A DNA stretch of 54,867 nt, filler included, from Sphacelaria rigidula (Eukaryota): assembly GCA_964200075.2 (NCBI GenBank). It is 4 parts of 4 records of this genome, joined end to end, with 100 filler letters (N's around TTAATTAATTAA, not from the genome) between each part and the next. Parts side by side here need not be neighbours in the genome. Positions count along the whole stretch, not along the records: positions 1 to 13,644 come from CAXNAA020002748.1; positions 13,745 to 27,386 come from CAXNAA020002749.1; 2 more parts are not named here. The stretch is one strand, 5' to 3'. A program made the position numbers and the translations under genes. This document shows, in pieces, positions 10,449 to 22,350 of the stretch (within the stretch, counting starts at the first letter, position 1; every line of letters begins with the position of its first letter). The notes under the pieces were generated by a model, which was not told the origin of the DNA, searched no databases, and was given only the letters and a program-made list of their open reading frames with translations.

Positions 10449-11389
10449 GACAGCGGCGTCAGCAGGGGTCCGGTTCGGGGTTCGGATCAGCCGCAGGGGC
10501 TGCTGCTCCGCAACGGGCGGTGCAGGTGGGACCGACCTCTCTAGTGTCGGGCTCGGTGTCGGCGCCGTCGGCAGCAGAGCAAGGCGAGACGCCGGCTGCG
10601 GATCCTGCCGGTTTTCAGCTGCAATTTGGATCGGTTGCTGTGTCGGCCGGGGTACCGCTGCAATTTGGTTCTGCGGGCGGGGCTTCGCACCCGCCGGCGG
10701 TGCCGGTGACCTCAGCGGGGGCGTCTCTACCTGCGCCGCGCGCGCAGCCGTGGCGCCAAGTGGGGATTACGAACAATCAGTCAGCGAAGCAGGTGCCGGT
10801 CGAGGACCAAGACAATTATGTCCCTGCCGAGTTATATCTACCCGATCAACGGGCGCGGGGAGCTATATCGGTCAAAGCGGTGTTGGATTCAGGCGCCCGC
10901 TTCACGAGCATGTCCGTGCTAATTGTGGAGATGCTGGAGCGTCTACTCCCCGGTGAGCAAATCCGAACTCCGTTTTCGCTCGGGCAACGTATAAGTGTGA
11001 CGGAGCGTACGATGCTCCCACAGTTGGCGTTCCTGACTACTTGGGGGGCAGCAAAATTACCCCCAATATCGTTTGCGATCATGCCGGGGACGGATGGTGT
11101 CGTTCTGTTGGGCCTACCAACGCTTCGGAGACTCGGAGTCGATCCGTATGATCGGTTGTTGGAGTCCCTAAAAACGTCAATGCCGTCGCCCGGATCGAGT
11201 GTCGAGACGCCTGCTTTTTTGGCCAGTAGCAGAGTGAGCTTGTCGGTTGATGCTCTCCAGGAGGCGGGGGGCAGGTGTCCGAGGAGCATGATGAGGCGAT
11301 GGAACGCTTGGTGGAGCGCGGCCCCGATATGTTTATGGAGCCGGCGGAAGAAGTGTCCGCGCGAAAGGCTGCGCTTGAGGAAAGCGTGA
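9464..11389 (+). CDS. gag: Gypsy Gag-protease (G1), with polyQ; the last ~40 aa are out of frame
   Basis: 641-aa ORF with CFQCGQVGQIPRKC knuckle, Q18 from (CAG)18 at 10394-10447, VLDSGA protease motif and VVLLGL. Confidence 0.88.
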
Positions 11390-13644
11390 CGGATGCGGTG
11401 GAAAATGGCCTTGGAGTCTCAAAAGCGGAGCGCTTGCGTGGCATACTTTATAGCCACGTTGACGTGTTTCGTCATGCGCTGAGGGGTGATCCCCCTGCGC
11501 GCGTGGAACCCATGAGGGTTACACTGAAGCCAGGGGCGGCCGCGGTGAAGGCAAAATCGAGGAGGTATGATCCGGTAAAGTCCAGTTGGCGAGCTTCTTG
11601 CATGGGAGCTCTCGTGGCGTTTGGGTTGGTGTTCAGGAATCTACAGGCGGTATGGTCCAGTCCAGCGATGGCAGTGCCGAAGAAGGACTCTTTCCGTCTT
11701 GTAAGCAATTACGGAGCCGTCGATGATCAGGTGGAGAAGTCGCCGGGTGTCATGCCAAATCAGGAATCCGACATGATAGCCCTGTTGAGTGCGCGATGTT
11801 TCGGTAAGTTGGACCTTCTACAGGGGTACTGGTAGACGCTGTTGGCCGAAGAGGCGCAAGAGATATTAACAACCACGACTCTGCTTGGCATGTTTACCCC
11901 GCAAAAGAGTACCGCAAGGCGTGTTGAATGCTACTTATTATTTTCAAGGTGTCATGGTAGACTTTTTAGATGGCTTGAAATGCAAGATTTGGGTGGATGA
12001 TGTATTTTGCTTCGCGGATACGGAAGACGAACTGTTGGATACGCTTGATGCAATCTTGGCTCGCTTAGAGAGTGTTGGTCTGTTTGCAGCTGCCCACAAG
12101 TGTACCTTTTTTGCTAGTGAACTAGTGTGGTGTGGGAAAGTGTACTCACACGGCCGCGTCTCGCATGATCCGGTCCGCTTACAAGGTATGTTTGACATGC
12201 GGCGTCCAGTAACAGCCGCAGAACTAATGCAATTCCTGCACGCAATGAACTGGTTGCGTACCTCGTTGCCACGTATGGCTGAAGTAGTGGCGCCTTTACG
12301 CGGTTTTCTAGAGAAAGTCATGGTGGGGGCAGCCAGGCGCACGAAGCGGGTGGCAAAAAATCGTGTTATTCCGCCCGCCTCGTGGACGGAGGACAGGCTG
12401 CAGGCATGGGCGGCAGCGAAGGATCTGGTGGCTCACGCCGTGACGCTGTTCCATCCCCGCCCCGGTTGACAGGTGCTGATGTTTCCGGATGCATCCGAGT
12501 GTCATTGGGGTAGCTTTGTCACGAAGGTGCTTGATGCAGAAATGCAAGAACGGTTGCCAGTTGAAGGTATGACGCATGAACCGCTGGCTTTTCTGAGTGG
12601 TAATTTCAAGGGTTCCCAGCTGCGTTGGGCAACCGTTGACAAGGAAGGTTTCGCTATCGTGAGCAGTTTTCGTCGTCTTCAGCATCTATTGTGAAATGGC
12701 GTACACATTTTCACGGATCACCGAAATCTAGCGTACATTTTCAACCCGGAGGCATGCGTGACGTCTGTGTCGAAGGCGTTGGCACAGCGATTGGAAGGGT
12801 GGAAAGGAGTATTAGGACAGTATCGGTACACGATTTGTCATATTTCGGGCGAGCGTAACGCGTGGGGTGACTTGCTGTCGCGCTGGGTAAATATTCCCAC
12901 TTTGCCTGCGCGCGCTGTGGCTGTGTATGGTCCGTGCGAACCTGATGACTCGATGCCGTCCAAATCTGTTGTCCGCCAAGCGCAACGAAAAAACCTTGGA
13001 GCTGAGGATGCGGAGGTGCAATCTTTCGAGTCGGACGTTGGCACTGCTATCTTGGACAATGAAGGTCTGTTTTGTGTGCATGTGCGTGGTCGAAACGTTT
13101 TGTGGATTCCGAGTTCTGACAAGCAGTTGCAGGTACGCTTGATGATTTGTGCGCACATGCGCGATGCCGGGCATCGAGGTGTGGATGCGACGCTCGTGCG
13201 CTTGAAAGAGTTTTGTGTCTGGAAGGGGATAGAAACTAATGTGCGCGAGTTCGTCCGCCAGTGTCTTCACTGTGCTGACTCGAGGGCGGGCGATGTTGTT
13301 CCCCGCCCGCTCGGTGAGACAGTCCATGGGACCCGAATGAAGTCGCTCATTTTGACTTCTTGCACGTGGGCCAGAGTGGCCCGCTAGCTTCCCAAGGTTT
13401 GTCGGAGGATGCTGGGTTCCGGTACATTTTGGTCATCATGGATGATTTGAGCAATTTTGTGGCTCTGGAACCAGTAGCAGTATGTACTGCTGAATCGACT
13501 GCGACGTCTTTGCTGAACTGGTGCAAAACTTTGGGAGTGCCCCGTGTGTGGGTGGGTGATACCGCCACGCATTTTAAGAATGCGATCTTGGCTAGGTTGC
13601 GAGAGGCTTTGCGCGTTGATCACCGGTTTGCGGTAGCGTATTCG
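11275..13644 (+). pseudogene. pol: Gypsy Pol: RT, RNase H, integrase (disrupted)
   Basis: WSSPAMAVPKKDSFRLV, KLDLLQGYW, PQGVLNA, WVDD, KCTF (RT); FPDAS..LAFLSG..W.TVDKEGFAIV, FTDHRNL (RNase H); HHCC zinc finger and IMDDLSNFV, WVGDTATHF (integrase). Confidence 0.93.
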
Positions 13645-13744
13645 NNNNNNNNNNNNNNNNNNNNNNNNNNNNNNNNNNNNNNNNNNNNTTAATTAATTAA
13701 NNNNNNNNNNNNNNNNNNNNNNNNNNNNNNNNNNNNNNNNNNNN
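13645..13744. other. Assembly gap with artificial spacer TTAATTAATTAA
   Basis: N-run, 12-mer, N-run; the same construct occurs at 27386 and 41128. Confidence 0.95.
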
Positions 13745-13812
13745 GGGAATCGAACCCCCGTTCTCTCCACCCTAATGGCGACAGTCGGACCATAACACCA
13801 CCGGGGCGCGCT
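13745..13812 (-). mobile_element. tRNA-derived SINE head
   Basis: On the - strand: GCGCGCCCCGGTGGTGTTATGG (A box) ... GGTTCGATTCCC (B box). Start is shared with 15321(+) and 34960(-). No convincing cloverleaf. Confidence 0.65.
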
Positions 13813-15170
13813 ACATGTATATATATATATATATATGTGCATCGATTACGTGCTCGAATTGCTGGCGCTAGGTGGCTAGAATTTACCGCGATTTTCAAGA
13901 GATGTAACGCCAAATGACGTAAATTTCTTGCCTCCGGCGGAGCCCCCTCACCAGCTGGGGGTGGGCGGGGGAGCGTTTACGCGACTCCGCCGCGTTGGCT
14001 TTCCAGGAAACGCTGAAAAAACGCGGGGGGGGGGGGCTCCGCCGCCAGTTATCCAGTTTCAACTGATAACTATAACTGGTTGTAATTTTTTGCAACCAGT
14101 TAACTGGTTAGCCAAAGCAGTTCACAGCTCAAGCATAGGGGCTCCACCTTCACAAAGTGTTCCGACGGTGTAGCGAAAGTGTCCACCTGTGCATGGCTGG
14201 TTCCCATCACCAGATCTACGCTTTCTGGGGCCTCAGTGCTAGAGAGAGAGAAACAAAGTCGACCGCGAGTGAAGAGCATTTCTGGGCAAAGTTTACGCCA
14301 CTCCACGTTCTTGGGGTGCAACGCTGAAACCAGCCCAAGGATTGATTCGTATGGGAGAAATCAACGAGACTAAAACCAAGTAATTTTCACACGAATCAGT
14401 ATTCGTCCCAACCCTCGAATGGATGGAATATTCCTTGCACTCTGTGACCGCGGGTTCGAGATATCTGGCTAACACAAAATCTAATACTGATACATATCGA
14501 CGCACAAACGCGCAAGACAACTGCTTTGCTAATCCAGAACATCCGAATCTCTCAAGAGTACTTCCAACACAGAAACAAGACGCAACAATCACACACGCAC
14601 CAATTCTTCGACTATCAACATGAAAACGTTTACAGTACCTAGTCACACTTGCTTATGGAATTCGACACTCAAAATACATTTACACGTTAACCAACCCGTA
14701 GTATTATATATATATATATTATTAGCCCTTCAAGCGTCATGTCTCTTTAACCAACAAATAGTATTATATATGTATGCATATATAGATATGTTAGTAGTAG
14801 CCTTTTAAGCCTCGTGTCTCTCACAAAATGATGCCCTTGACCGCTCCGAGTAGAGTTCACGTGTTGAATTGACATCATATTTACTACAGGGGTTTCACCA
14901 TTTCTACACTCTCCCTCTCTGCTCTCTCTTTCTTTTCTCATCTTTCGCTCCACGCATATGCTCCTTCCTGCCGGCGTATACAAGAGCACTTTGGTGCCTC
15001 GCTTCCCTAGGGTTGATGGATGAAAGGTTAAAACCCAAAATCTATCAACTTACTCGAAAAATAAACGCCAGACTGTTGCATCCATCTACGAACGGTTGAC
15101 TCAAGTCCGTTTGGAACAGCGGTCCTTGTTGCTGTTTCATGGCGAATCCCATTAACGAGATCTGAAGTGA

Positions 15171-15210
<40 letters not shown>

Positions 15211-15319
15211 CCGCAAAGCGTATATCTGGAGGGCCAACCCTGCGACAGCAGAAAATAACTGCTACACGTGCGGAAAAGAAATAGAACACCTTTTTTCACC
15301 TTCTGAAAAAATAACAGTA

Positions 15320-15895
15320 GCACCCCGGTGGTCCAATGGTTGAATGGCTTCAACGATTAAATGGTTCCAACGGTTCAAATGGTTCGAATGGAAAAATGGT
15401 TCCAATGGATAAATGGTTCCAATGGTGGAATGGTTCATTCGAGTGTCATCATTAGGGTGAAGGTAAACCGGGTTTGACTCCAACTGCGTCCGGTTTTCCC
15501 CCTCCTCAGTAATTGGCTTTCACCGTTGAAAGACTGAGCACTCGAGTAAATAATATGTAGTTGACTGTGACTGAGTTTGTTCAACGACAGTTAACGCGGT
15601 GCGGGAGTGCTGGTCATGATCCAATCTGCCAGACCAAAATGTAAGGCGTGTATCGAGATAGAAATGGCGTGATATATTTCACCGTTGAAAGACTGAGCAC
15701 TCGAGTAAATAATAAGTAGTTGACTCTGACTGAGTTTGTTCGACGACAGTTAACGCGGTGCAGGAGTGCTGGTCATGATCCAATCTGCCAGACCAAAATG
15801 TAAGGCGTGTATCAAGATAGAGATGGCGTGATATCTTGAGACCACGGACTCGTCCCGAGGAAGGAGGGTTCATAGTGTGACAAGAAAAAAAAAAA
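15320..15895 (+). mobile_element. tRNA-derived SINE with expanded A box, internal 159-bp duplication and LINE-type A-rich tail
   Basis: CCCCGGTGGTCCAATGG head, B-box-like GGTTTGACTCC, duplicated 15518-15835, tail GACCACGG...GTGACAAGA(n). The 3' part recurs at 15945-16036 and 27487-27655. Confidence 0.7.
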
Positions 15896-16146
15896 CACTT
15901 TCATTTCGACACCTTCCATTCAGCACGACGATTTTGTAGTTCCAAGTACCGGGGAGAGATGGGTTGATTCCTTGAGACCACAGATTCTTCCCGAGGAAGA
16001 GAAGCGGTTCAGGAGTGCGACAGAGACAAAAAAAAAGGTAAGGATTAACCAATACATCTTCCCGTGTACATGCCTGATCAAGGGCTGCACGACACTCAAA
16101 TGTACAATATGGTATATAATAGCAACATTGTGAATGCTGTCCTTAC

Positions 16147-16248
16147 ACTCCAAGCGCTCTCGCTCCGTTGGAACTCCTGCAGCCATTTGTCCGCTGCTCT
16201 GTGCGTATCGCCACTGCCATTGTACACGGAGTTCAGAGCTGCCGACAC
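16147..16248 (-). CDS. Exon of a transportin-3/importin-13-like (importin-beta family) N-terminus
   Basis: CAG|VSAALNSVYNGSGDTHRAADKWLQEFQRSESAWS|GTAAG. Resembles the AL..LY....A..WL..FQ.S..AW motif of transportin-SR. Downstream exons are uncertain (candidates 15054-15161 and ~14265-14325). Confidence 0.68.
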
Positions 16249-16663
16249 CTGCCGACATGGTGACGGTTCAAAAGCAAGAGCGATGCGATGGGAGGTGAAC
16301 ATGAAGGGCGGGGAGGGCCGGGGGTTGGGAGAGGGGGGGAAGGCAAGGAGGGGGGGCGGGGGGGTACTTACAATATTGCATGCCATAGTCATGAGACCAT
16401 TGACCCGGCATCCCTACGAAGCCAGGACGGAGCACGCCAAGTTTTCGCCGGACCAGGCTCGCAATCAATCACCAAGCGCGAGGCACCGTCATGTGTTCGG
16501 CGAGTCACATGAAGGGTGAGCTACATCCTGCTAAGAGTTTTCGGTCCGAAGCCTACTGATTACTCTTCATGTGGATGATGGCCTCCAATGAATTGCTTCA
16601 TTCTCTGGTATCGCCACTTGCAGAGACAGCCACGCGTTCCACACTGCGTCATGGATGTCTCAC

Positions 16664-16690
16664 CATTTCAACACTACGTAGTAACATCAT
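16664..16690 (-). CDS. Possible first exon of a transportin-3/importin-13-like gene
   Basis: ATG...MMLLRSVEM|GTGAGA donor, phase 0, compatible with exon 16147-16248. Confidence 0.35.
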
Positions 16691-18490
16691 CTCCTTTGCG
16701 CGGAGTTGAGGTTCTCCCACTCCGCACAAAAATGATCTAGCTCGATCACCACCATCTCTCTTGTAAGTTACAACAAGGATGATAATGAAAAGACGAGCCT
16801 ATGCCTGTGACCACGGGTTCGCGAGATCGGGCTAATCTTAGAAAATAATAATAAATACTAAATAAATATTGCGGTATGCTCACGTCTTGAAACCATCTAA
16901 GATATACGGGTGACTCAAACAACAAAATTCCACATCAATAAAGGGGGATTGACTCTTTGGCATCCTTCAACACCCTTCGGCGTTAATCCACCATGTGTTC
17001 TGTTTGTTCATCCCTCACGCACGGGTAGGCTGCCTGTGCGTCGCGTTCGAACCCGACGCGCGAGGCAAAAGCCTTCACTTCGAATAATCGGTGGGGGTTG
17101 AGAGGTCGGGACACATGAAACACACACACATACGTCGTACTCGGTCGGAGGATAGTGGGACCATGCTTGCGTTGTGGGCAGAGACTCAATACCGACTGTC
17201 CTACACCATACCCACGAGAGGTCACGGTGACAGCAGCTGGAGTGACAGTCGTCCGTGGTGGACACGCACTCACGACAGGTCTCAACACCCTTTTCTTGAG
17301 TTGGGAGAGCAGCATTTTGAGTAGAGATGTACCCCGAAAGAAACATTCACAAGCTGAGCCAGCCAGGAAAACCGCCCTGCCTAAAATCATCATATCTTTC
17401 GAACGGCACCGACTCGGGGCAAGCTGACAAAATCGTTGTAATCAACTAGTCGAGACGGTCATGCACGGCCGTCCAGCTTAGGAGTCCACAACGTTGGGGC
17501 CGTGAAACTGGCGTCTGCATCTTTGCACCATTTTCTTATATGTGATTTATCATGTTACTCTACAGGATATTCTCGATTGAGAAAAATTCCGAATTCGCCC
17601 AAACTTTCTATGCGTATAACTCCCGAGGAAAAAAAAAGCGTTCAACATTTCATTTTGTGATTCATCAAAATGATTAAATATCCGAAGCAATTCGTGCCAT
17701 ATCTTTCAGTTCCGAAACCACACCCAGAAAAATAGAACGAAAATGATCCCAAATTTGGCGGCGGCGGGGGCGGGGGGGTAGGAGGTATATCTAAATCCAC
17801 ATAATGAGGCTACCGGATTTGCTCAGACTTTTGAAAATGAAATTCGTTCACGTCTTGAAAGTATGTTCTTCCTGCACGTCCGAGCAAGGATTCATGCTGT
17901 TTGTGAGACTTCGATACGAGTCGACCGCGAGTCAGAGAGGGGCCGAACTGATATGGAGATGAAGATATACCCCGTGAGACCACGCTGGGTTTTCGGAGTT
18001 TTGCGAACTGCCCGAATGACTCATCGTCGAGACAACATTGAGGGCAACCATAGTCATGATACGCCGATCAAAACCAGGACTACGCTTTAGTAGAAAGTGG
18101 CGAATGATGACCACCTCACGGCCGAGTGGAGTTGTTCATCATCTCCCCACGACCATTAAGCTTTTGATGCCATGAGACAAGGAGGCCTGTTTATGCGCAG
18201 TCATCATCCATTCGCCCGTTCTTGGCAGTCATCACTACTGCACCGAAACAAACATAAAACAAAACACCAACAGACGTGTGCTTTTCTACTGCTGCGATCG
18301 CGGAGGACGAATAAAGTGGAACGAAGCCCAACGGAAATGTCACAGAGACGCTTCTGTTCCGAGACGAGGTCTCGTGGTCGAAGGTTCGTCCTTTTAAGAA
18401 AAACACCCGTACTTTCTGTTCCGAGGTTTCGTCCGCCGACAGTCCCGCGGGTTTTCGAGTGATGTTTTTGTGGGAGTAGATGGACGCTAA

Positions 18491-18680
18491 GGCCGTGTCT
18501 TGGCACATAAGTGTTCGATCGAAATTGTGCGGTGGGCAACACAAATCCCAATCTGATGGGTCGTGAATTCAACCATCTTCAAAATTTTTGACGATGGTCG
18601 AAAATTACGATCTAACATATCGGGATTTTTGTTTTCCACCGCACATTTTCGATCGAAAACTAACATGCTACGATACGCCC
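18491..18680. mobile_element. Harbinger/Tourist-like fold-back MITE, TSD TAA
   Basis: TAA|GGCCGTGTC...GATACGCCC|TAA. The whole element is an imperfect palindrome centred near 18585. Confidence 0.78.
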
Positions 18681-21629
18681 TAAGAGAACATGGCGGTTAA
18701 AGGAAGAAAAAAAGTAGGTCAACAGGAGTGCAACAGCCTTTGAACGTGGTTAAGGGAGGACAGGGCACTTCATTGTTGTTGTTGTTGTTGTTCGTCATAT
18801 GTTGTCTGTTGTTGTGCGCGTGTAGCAATCTGTTTTGTGTGCTGACATCTTCGAAAACGCACGGCCTCACCTTTTGCTCGTGTAATCACCGCTGCTGTTT
18901 CACGATGCAGCGACGGCAATATCCTTCTTGCTGACCATTGAAATGTATTAGTAAATGAAAATAACGCATAATATTATGTTTCTTATTCGACCACGTACAG
19001 AATCTTCCGGGCGGGACGCGTTCGCACAGCAACGGGTTTTCCTCAGTGCGGGCCTTGGTACCTTCACCAGAAGCAACCACTGCAAGTCGCCAACAAAAAC
19101 GCGCCCGTTTAGCGTCCAACTTGGGGTCCAGGCGATATCCCTTCGCACGTCCAAACCCTCGGTTGGACGCCGAACGGGCATATTTTTCGAGGGGGTTTGA
19201 GCGGCTGTTTTTGTTAGAGAGGTGACACTCGCGGAGAACACGCTGTTGCCAAGAAAATGCCGCGCGTAATCGTAACTCGTGTATAAGCCCCCGCCGGCCG
19301 CATGTTGCCGTCTCTGAACATCAAAACGGCAGCGATGAACACTCAGCTGTACATGCTGTCATGCATGCATGTAAAAAGACGACGGCGACGGTGCATGGAC
19401 ATGAGGACAGCGTGCACTCTCCGTTCTCAACCATGGCAAGCGGGTGCCGCATGCCTGTCGCCCATTATTCGGTTCTGCGGAACTCCCAGTCCTGCGCCAA
19501 AATACAGAAAACAAATGTTTCGGAACAGAACCTGATCTATTTTCATCTCGTCGCGATCTACTGCAGCATGCAACCCCAGATCGAGGCAGGTGGGCTTGGT
19601 GACTATGGTTTACACGACATTTGACCGAAGTTTCGTCAGCGCGACGCAACGCCGACAGCGTGCGTACGACCGTGCCTCCCGAACTGAGCATTTTCATAAG
19701 CAATGTCAGAATGATTTTGTACAGACTGTCATCATCCAGAGAGTATCCCAGTGCAGATCCATGATTGCTTGCGGGCACAGTGCCCCCCCCCCCCCAGGTG
19801 CCCATCACGTAGAAGTGAGTGCACCAGCGTATCTAGATATGTATGCACTCACGGTGTTCGAGCTCTAGGCTGCGAGAAAGCCGATTTGAGGACATGTCGC
19901 CGGTATTGCCGATAATCCAAATAATCGCACTGTCTAACTTGCCTGCACGCCCGAGCGTGCCGCCGACTGATGCACATGTCGTCTGTGTTGTGTCTGACGA
20001 GTGCACCAAGCTTCGCGGTGGTGATTCTACCCACGGTCGAGAAATTAACAAGAAAAGTTTCTTCTCAAAAGTGCGATGATTTCGTATGCGGGCCAAGTGT
20101 GGACATTCACGAATATAGTGCGGGCATTCTGATATATATCTTCATATATAAATATACATGTATATATTTGGCGCAGGGCTGTCCTGCCAGTCATTCGTGT
20201 CATTTCAGTGCCCATGTATCCCTGCACCACCCATCCTCCAAATACTCGGAATAGAAAAAAAGCAAGCGCGTTCGAATCAAGGGGTCAAGTTAATTCTCCA
20301 GGCGCCCGAGGTCACGAAGCTCCAACCTCTCACGGTACCGCCAGGTTATAAAGGATGGCAACAGCGTATACGCCCACGGGCCCCCAGTAGGCCGGGGGCG
20401 CGCGAATACTAGTGCATCGAATTTTACTTGTCGCGCAATCAGATAAATTACAACAGCGTAGCTAGCTTCACCCGACGGGTTGGAGTTCCTTGTTTGAATG
20501 TTCTGATCGCGAACTCTGGCGGACGTTGGTCCCGCTTCCCCAATTGTCAACGCCCCGAGCTCTCCTCCCGCTTGGGCAACAGGCGATAGCAATACAGAGA
20601 AGCAGATCATCGCTGCGGTGTCATGCGTGCACACCCTGGACAATGGATTACATTGTCAAAGATATATGCTGGATACAGTATGGAATCTATTGTCCCTTGC
20701 AAGAGACCCAATGGTCAATACTGCACGCGGTGTACATGCGTGTTGCTGTGTTTCAACATTTGCTTCTCCAACGAGTACTTAATTGGCTGTGGGGGGGGAA
20801 CTTTTTCGCAAACAAATAACTCAGGCACAGAATATGAAACACCACCCAACCGCATCCGCACCCACCACCTACAGCGCCTACAACCCACATCGGGTGAGCC
20901 ACGCATTTCAGTTGTTCAGCAACAATGGGGTGTATTGGTCATCTTCCAAGGTTGTGTTTTGTAGGGTATACCCGCAAGACGTGGATCCTTGGTTGGCATA
21001 CTAAACCATACCTAAATGTGTATCGAACATCCCGGCATGGTTCGGCAGGGTGTCGAGCCCTGTTCCGAACACCAGTCCGGTCCGGTCCGGGAGGATATTT
21101 GCCGATAAAATACCTTTTTTTATAGTTGGGTGAATTCCCGAATTTCAGCCGGTATATGCTACAAAACACAACCTTGTAATTTTCAATCTTCACATATGCA
21201 GACCATACTGTTGGCGACATCCCCGCTACTTTACAGTCAAAGCATATAACTGTCTGTCAACAGAGGGCAACCCTTACTGATCGTGGCAGATGAATAGATA
21301 TGATCCGCGGCGTGTGCACAAGATCGCCCCTCCCTATGTACGCGTCGTCTTTCCATCAAAAACAAGTATACCATATCTCCTGCCAGAACCTGGGCGACTG
21401 GCGGCCAACTGACGGGCTGACAGCTCAAGGGGTTGAACGATTCCTTGAAAGTTCATGTTTTCTGTTCCGATAGTGTAGCAGCCAATGATCATGTGACTTT
21501 TTGGAGGAGGTATTTCGCAGGCGTAGATAGAAGCTGTGGAGGGACAGACACGTTGTTCTTGTGTCCATGTATCGGTCTGCTTTGTGTGCCGGCCTATGTG
21601 CCGACATCTTCGTGCATGCATGGTCGCAG

Positions 21630-21794
21630 GTAGAACGGGTGCCAAAAGGTATGAGAGACCTGGTCCATATCTACACTTTTGATCCATTTTATACGCTTTG
21701 GCTGGCGCGATTACCGCGGCTGTTTTGTTGTACCGAGGCGGCCAAACTCCGCTGGAAGAGGTTCCTGGACCAGAGACTATACCGCGTGGCATAA
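21630..21794 (+). CDS. Possible terminal exon of an unidentified gene
   Basis: CAG acceptor, then 54 codons VERVPKGMRDLVHIYTFDPFY...RLYRVA*. No recognised family. Confidence 0.3.
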   Translation, partial: VERVPKGMRDLVHIYTFDPFYTLWLARLPRLFCCTEAAKLRWKRFLDQRLYRVA

Positions 21795-22084
21795 GCGCCG
21801 CACTAGCTCCTTTTCAACGAGGGTGTTGTCTACACCAAAAATGACATTGCTGAAGCACATCAAAAGGCTGTCCTTAAATCGTCGCATCACTATAGGGGCC
21901 CGGGCGTTCAAGTAGTTAACCCTTCGGCGCCCAGCCTCAAGGTCCACACCTGTTTCAGGGAGAGTAGGAAAAGTTCCATGAGGGTACAAGAGACAACGCT
22001 TACACGGAACAACGAGCCCTGGGCCCGGACCGTGGGTTGCCACGCACAAGGTGTGTGTCAAGATCCAACGTGCGCGACCACAGT

Positions 22085-22350
22085 CAGTAGCAGAAGCTGA
22101 TGCTGGAAGATCTGGGGCCGAAGCTGACAAGAGTACGGCGGCGAATGAACTGCGCCGGGTTTGACAGGGGGGTTTTACTGGTGTCAACCCCCACACTGCC
22201 TTGAGCAAAGCTTTCCGAACGCTCGAGACGCCTCCCCCACATGACTGCCGCGAGGCGGTCCAGCTGAGCCTTCGAGTCATCGGTGTATGAACCCGTTCGC
22301 GGGGCAAGTCTTGGGTGAGGTATCCTTCTTCCTTCGAAGGGGAAAAAATA
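22085..22350 (+). mobile_element. SINE-like dispersed repeat, homologous to the SINE split by G3
   Basis: Reverse complement aligns to 30285-30330 joined to 34712-34925 (e.g. TTGCTCAAGGCAGTGTGGGGGTTGA is identical). Confidence 0.8.

Larger units (their letters stand above)
8650..13644 (+). mobile_element. Ty3/gypsy LTR retrotransposon G1, 5' part, cut by an assembly gap
   Basis: 5' LTR, then gag-PR, RT, RNase H and integrase in gypsy order, with several stops and frameshifts. Confidence 0.95.

Noticed and set aside
13689-13700. TTAATTAATTAA motif occurring three times
   Set aside because: Always centred in N-runs; it is an artificial scaffold spacer with stops in all frames.
13745-13812. 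Functional tRNA gene (also 7360-7430 and 43437-43512)
   Set aside because: A and B boxes are present but there are no intact stems; better explained as SINE heads or remnants.
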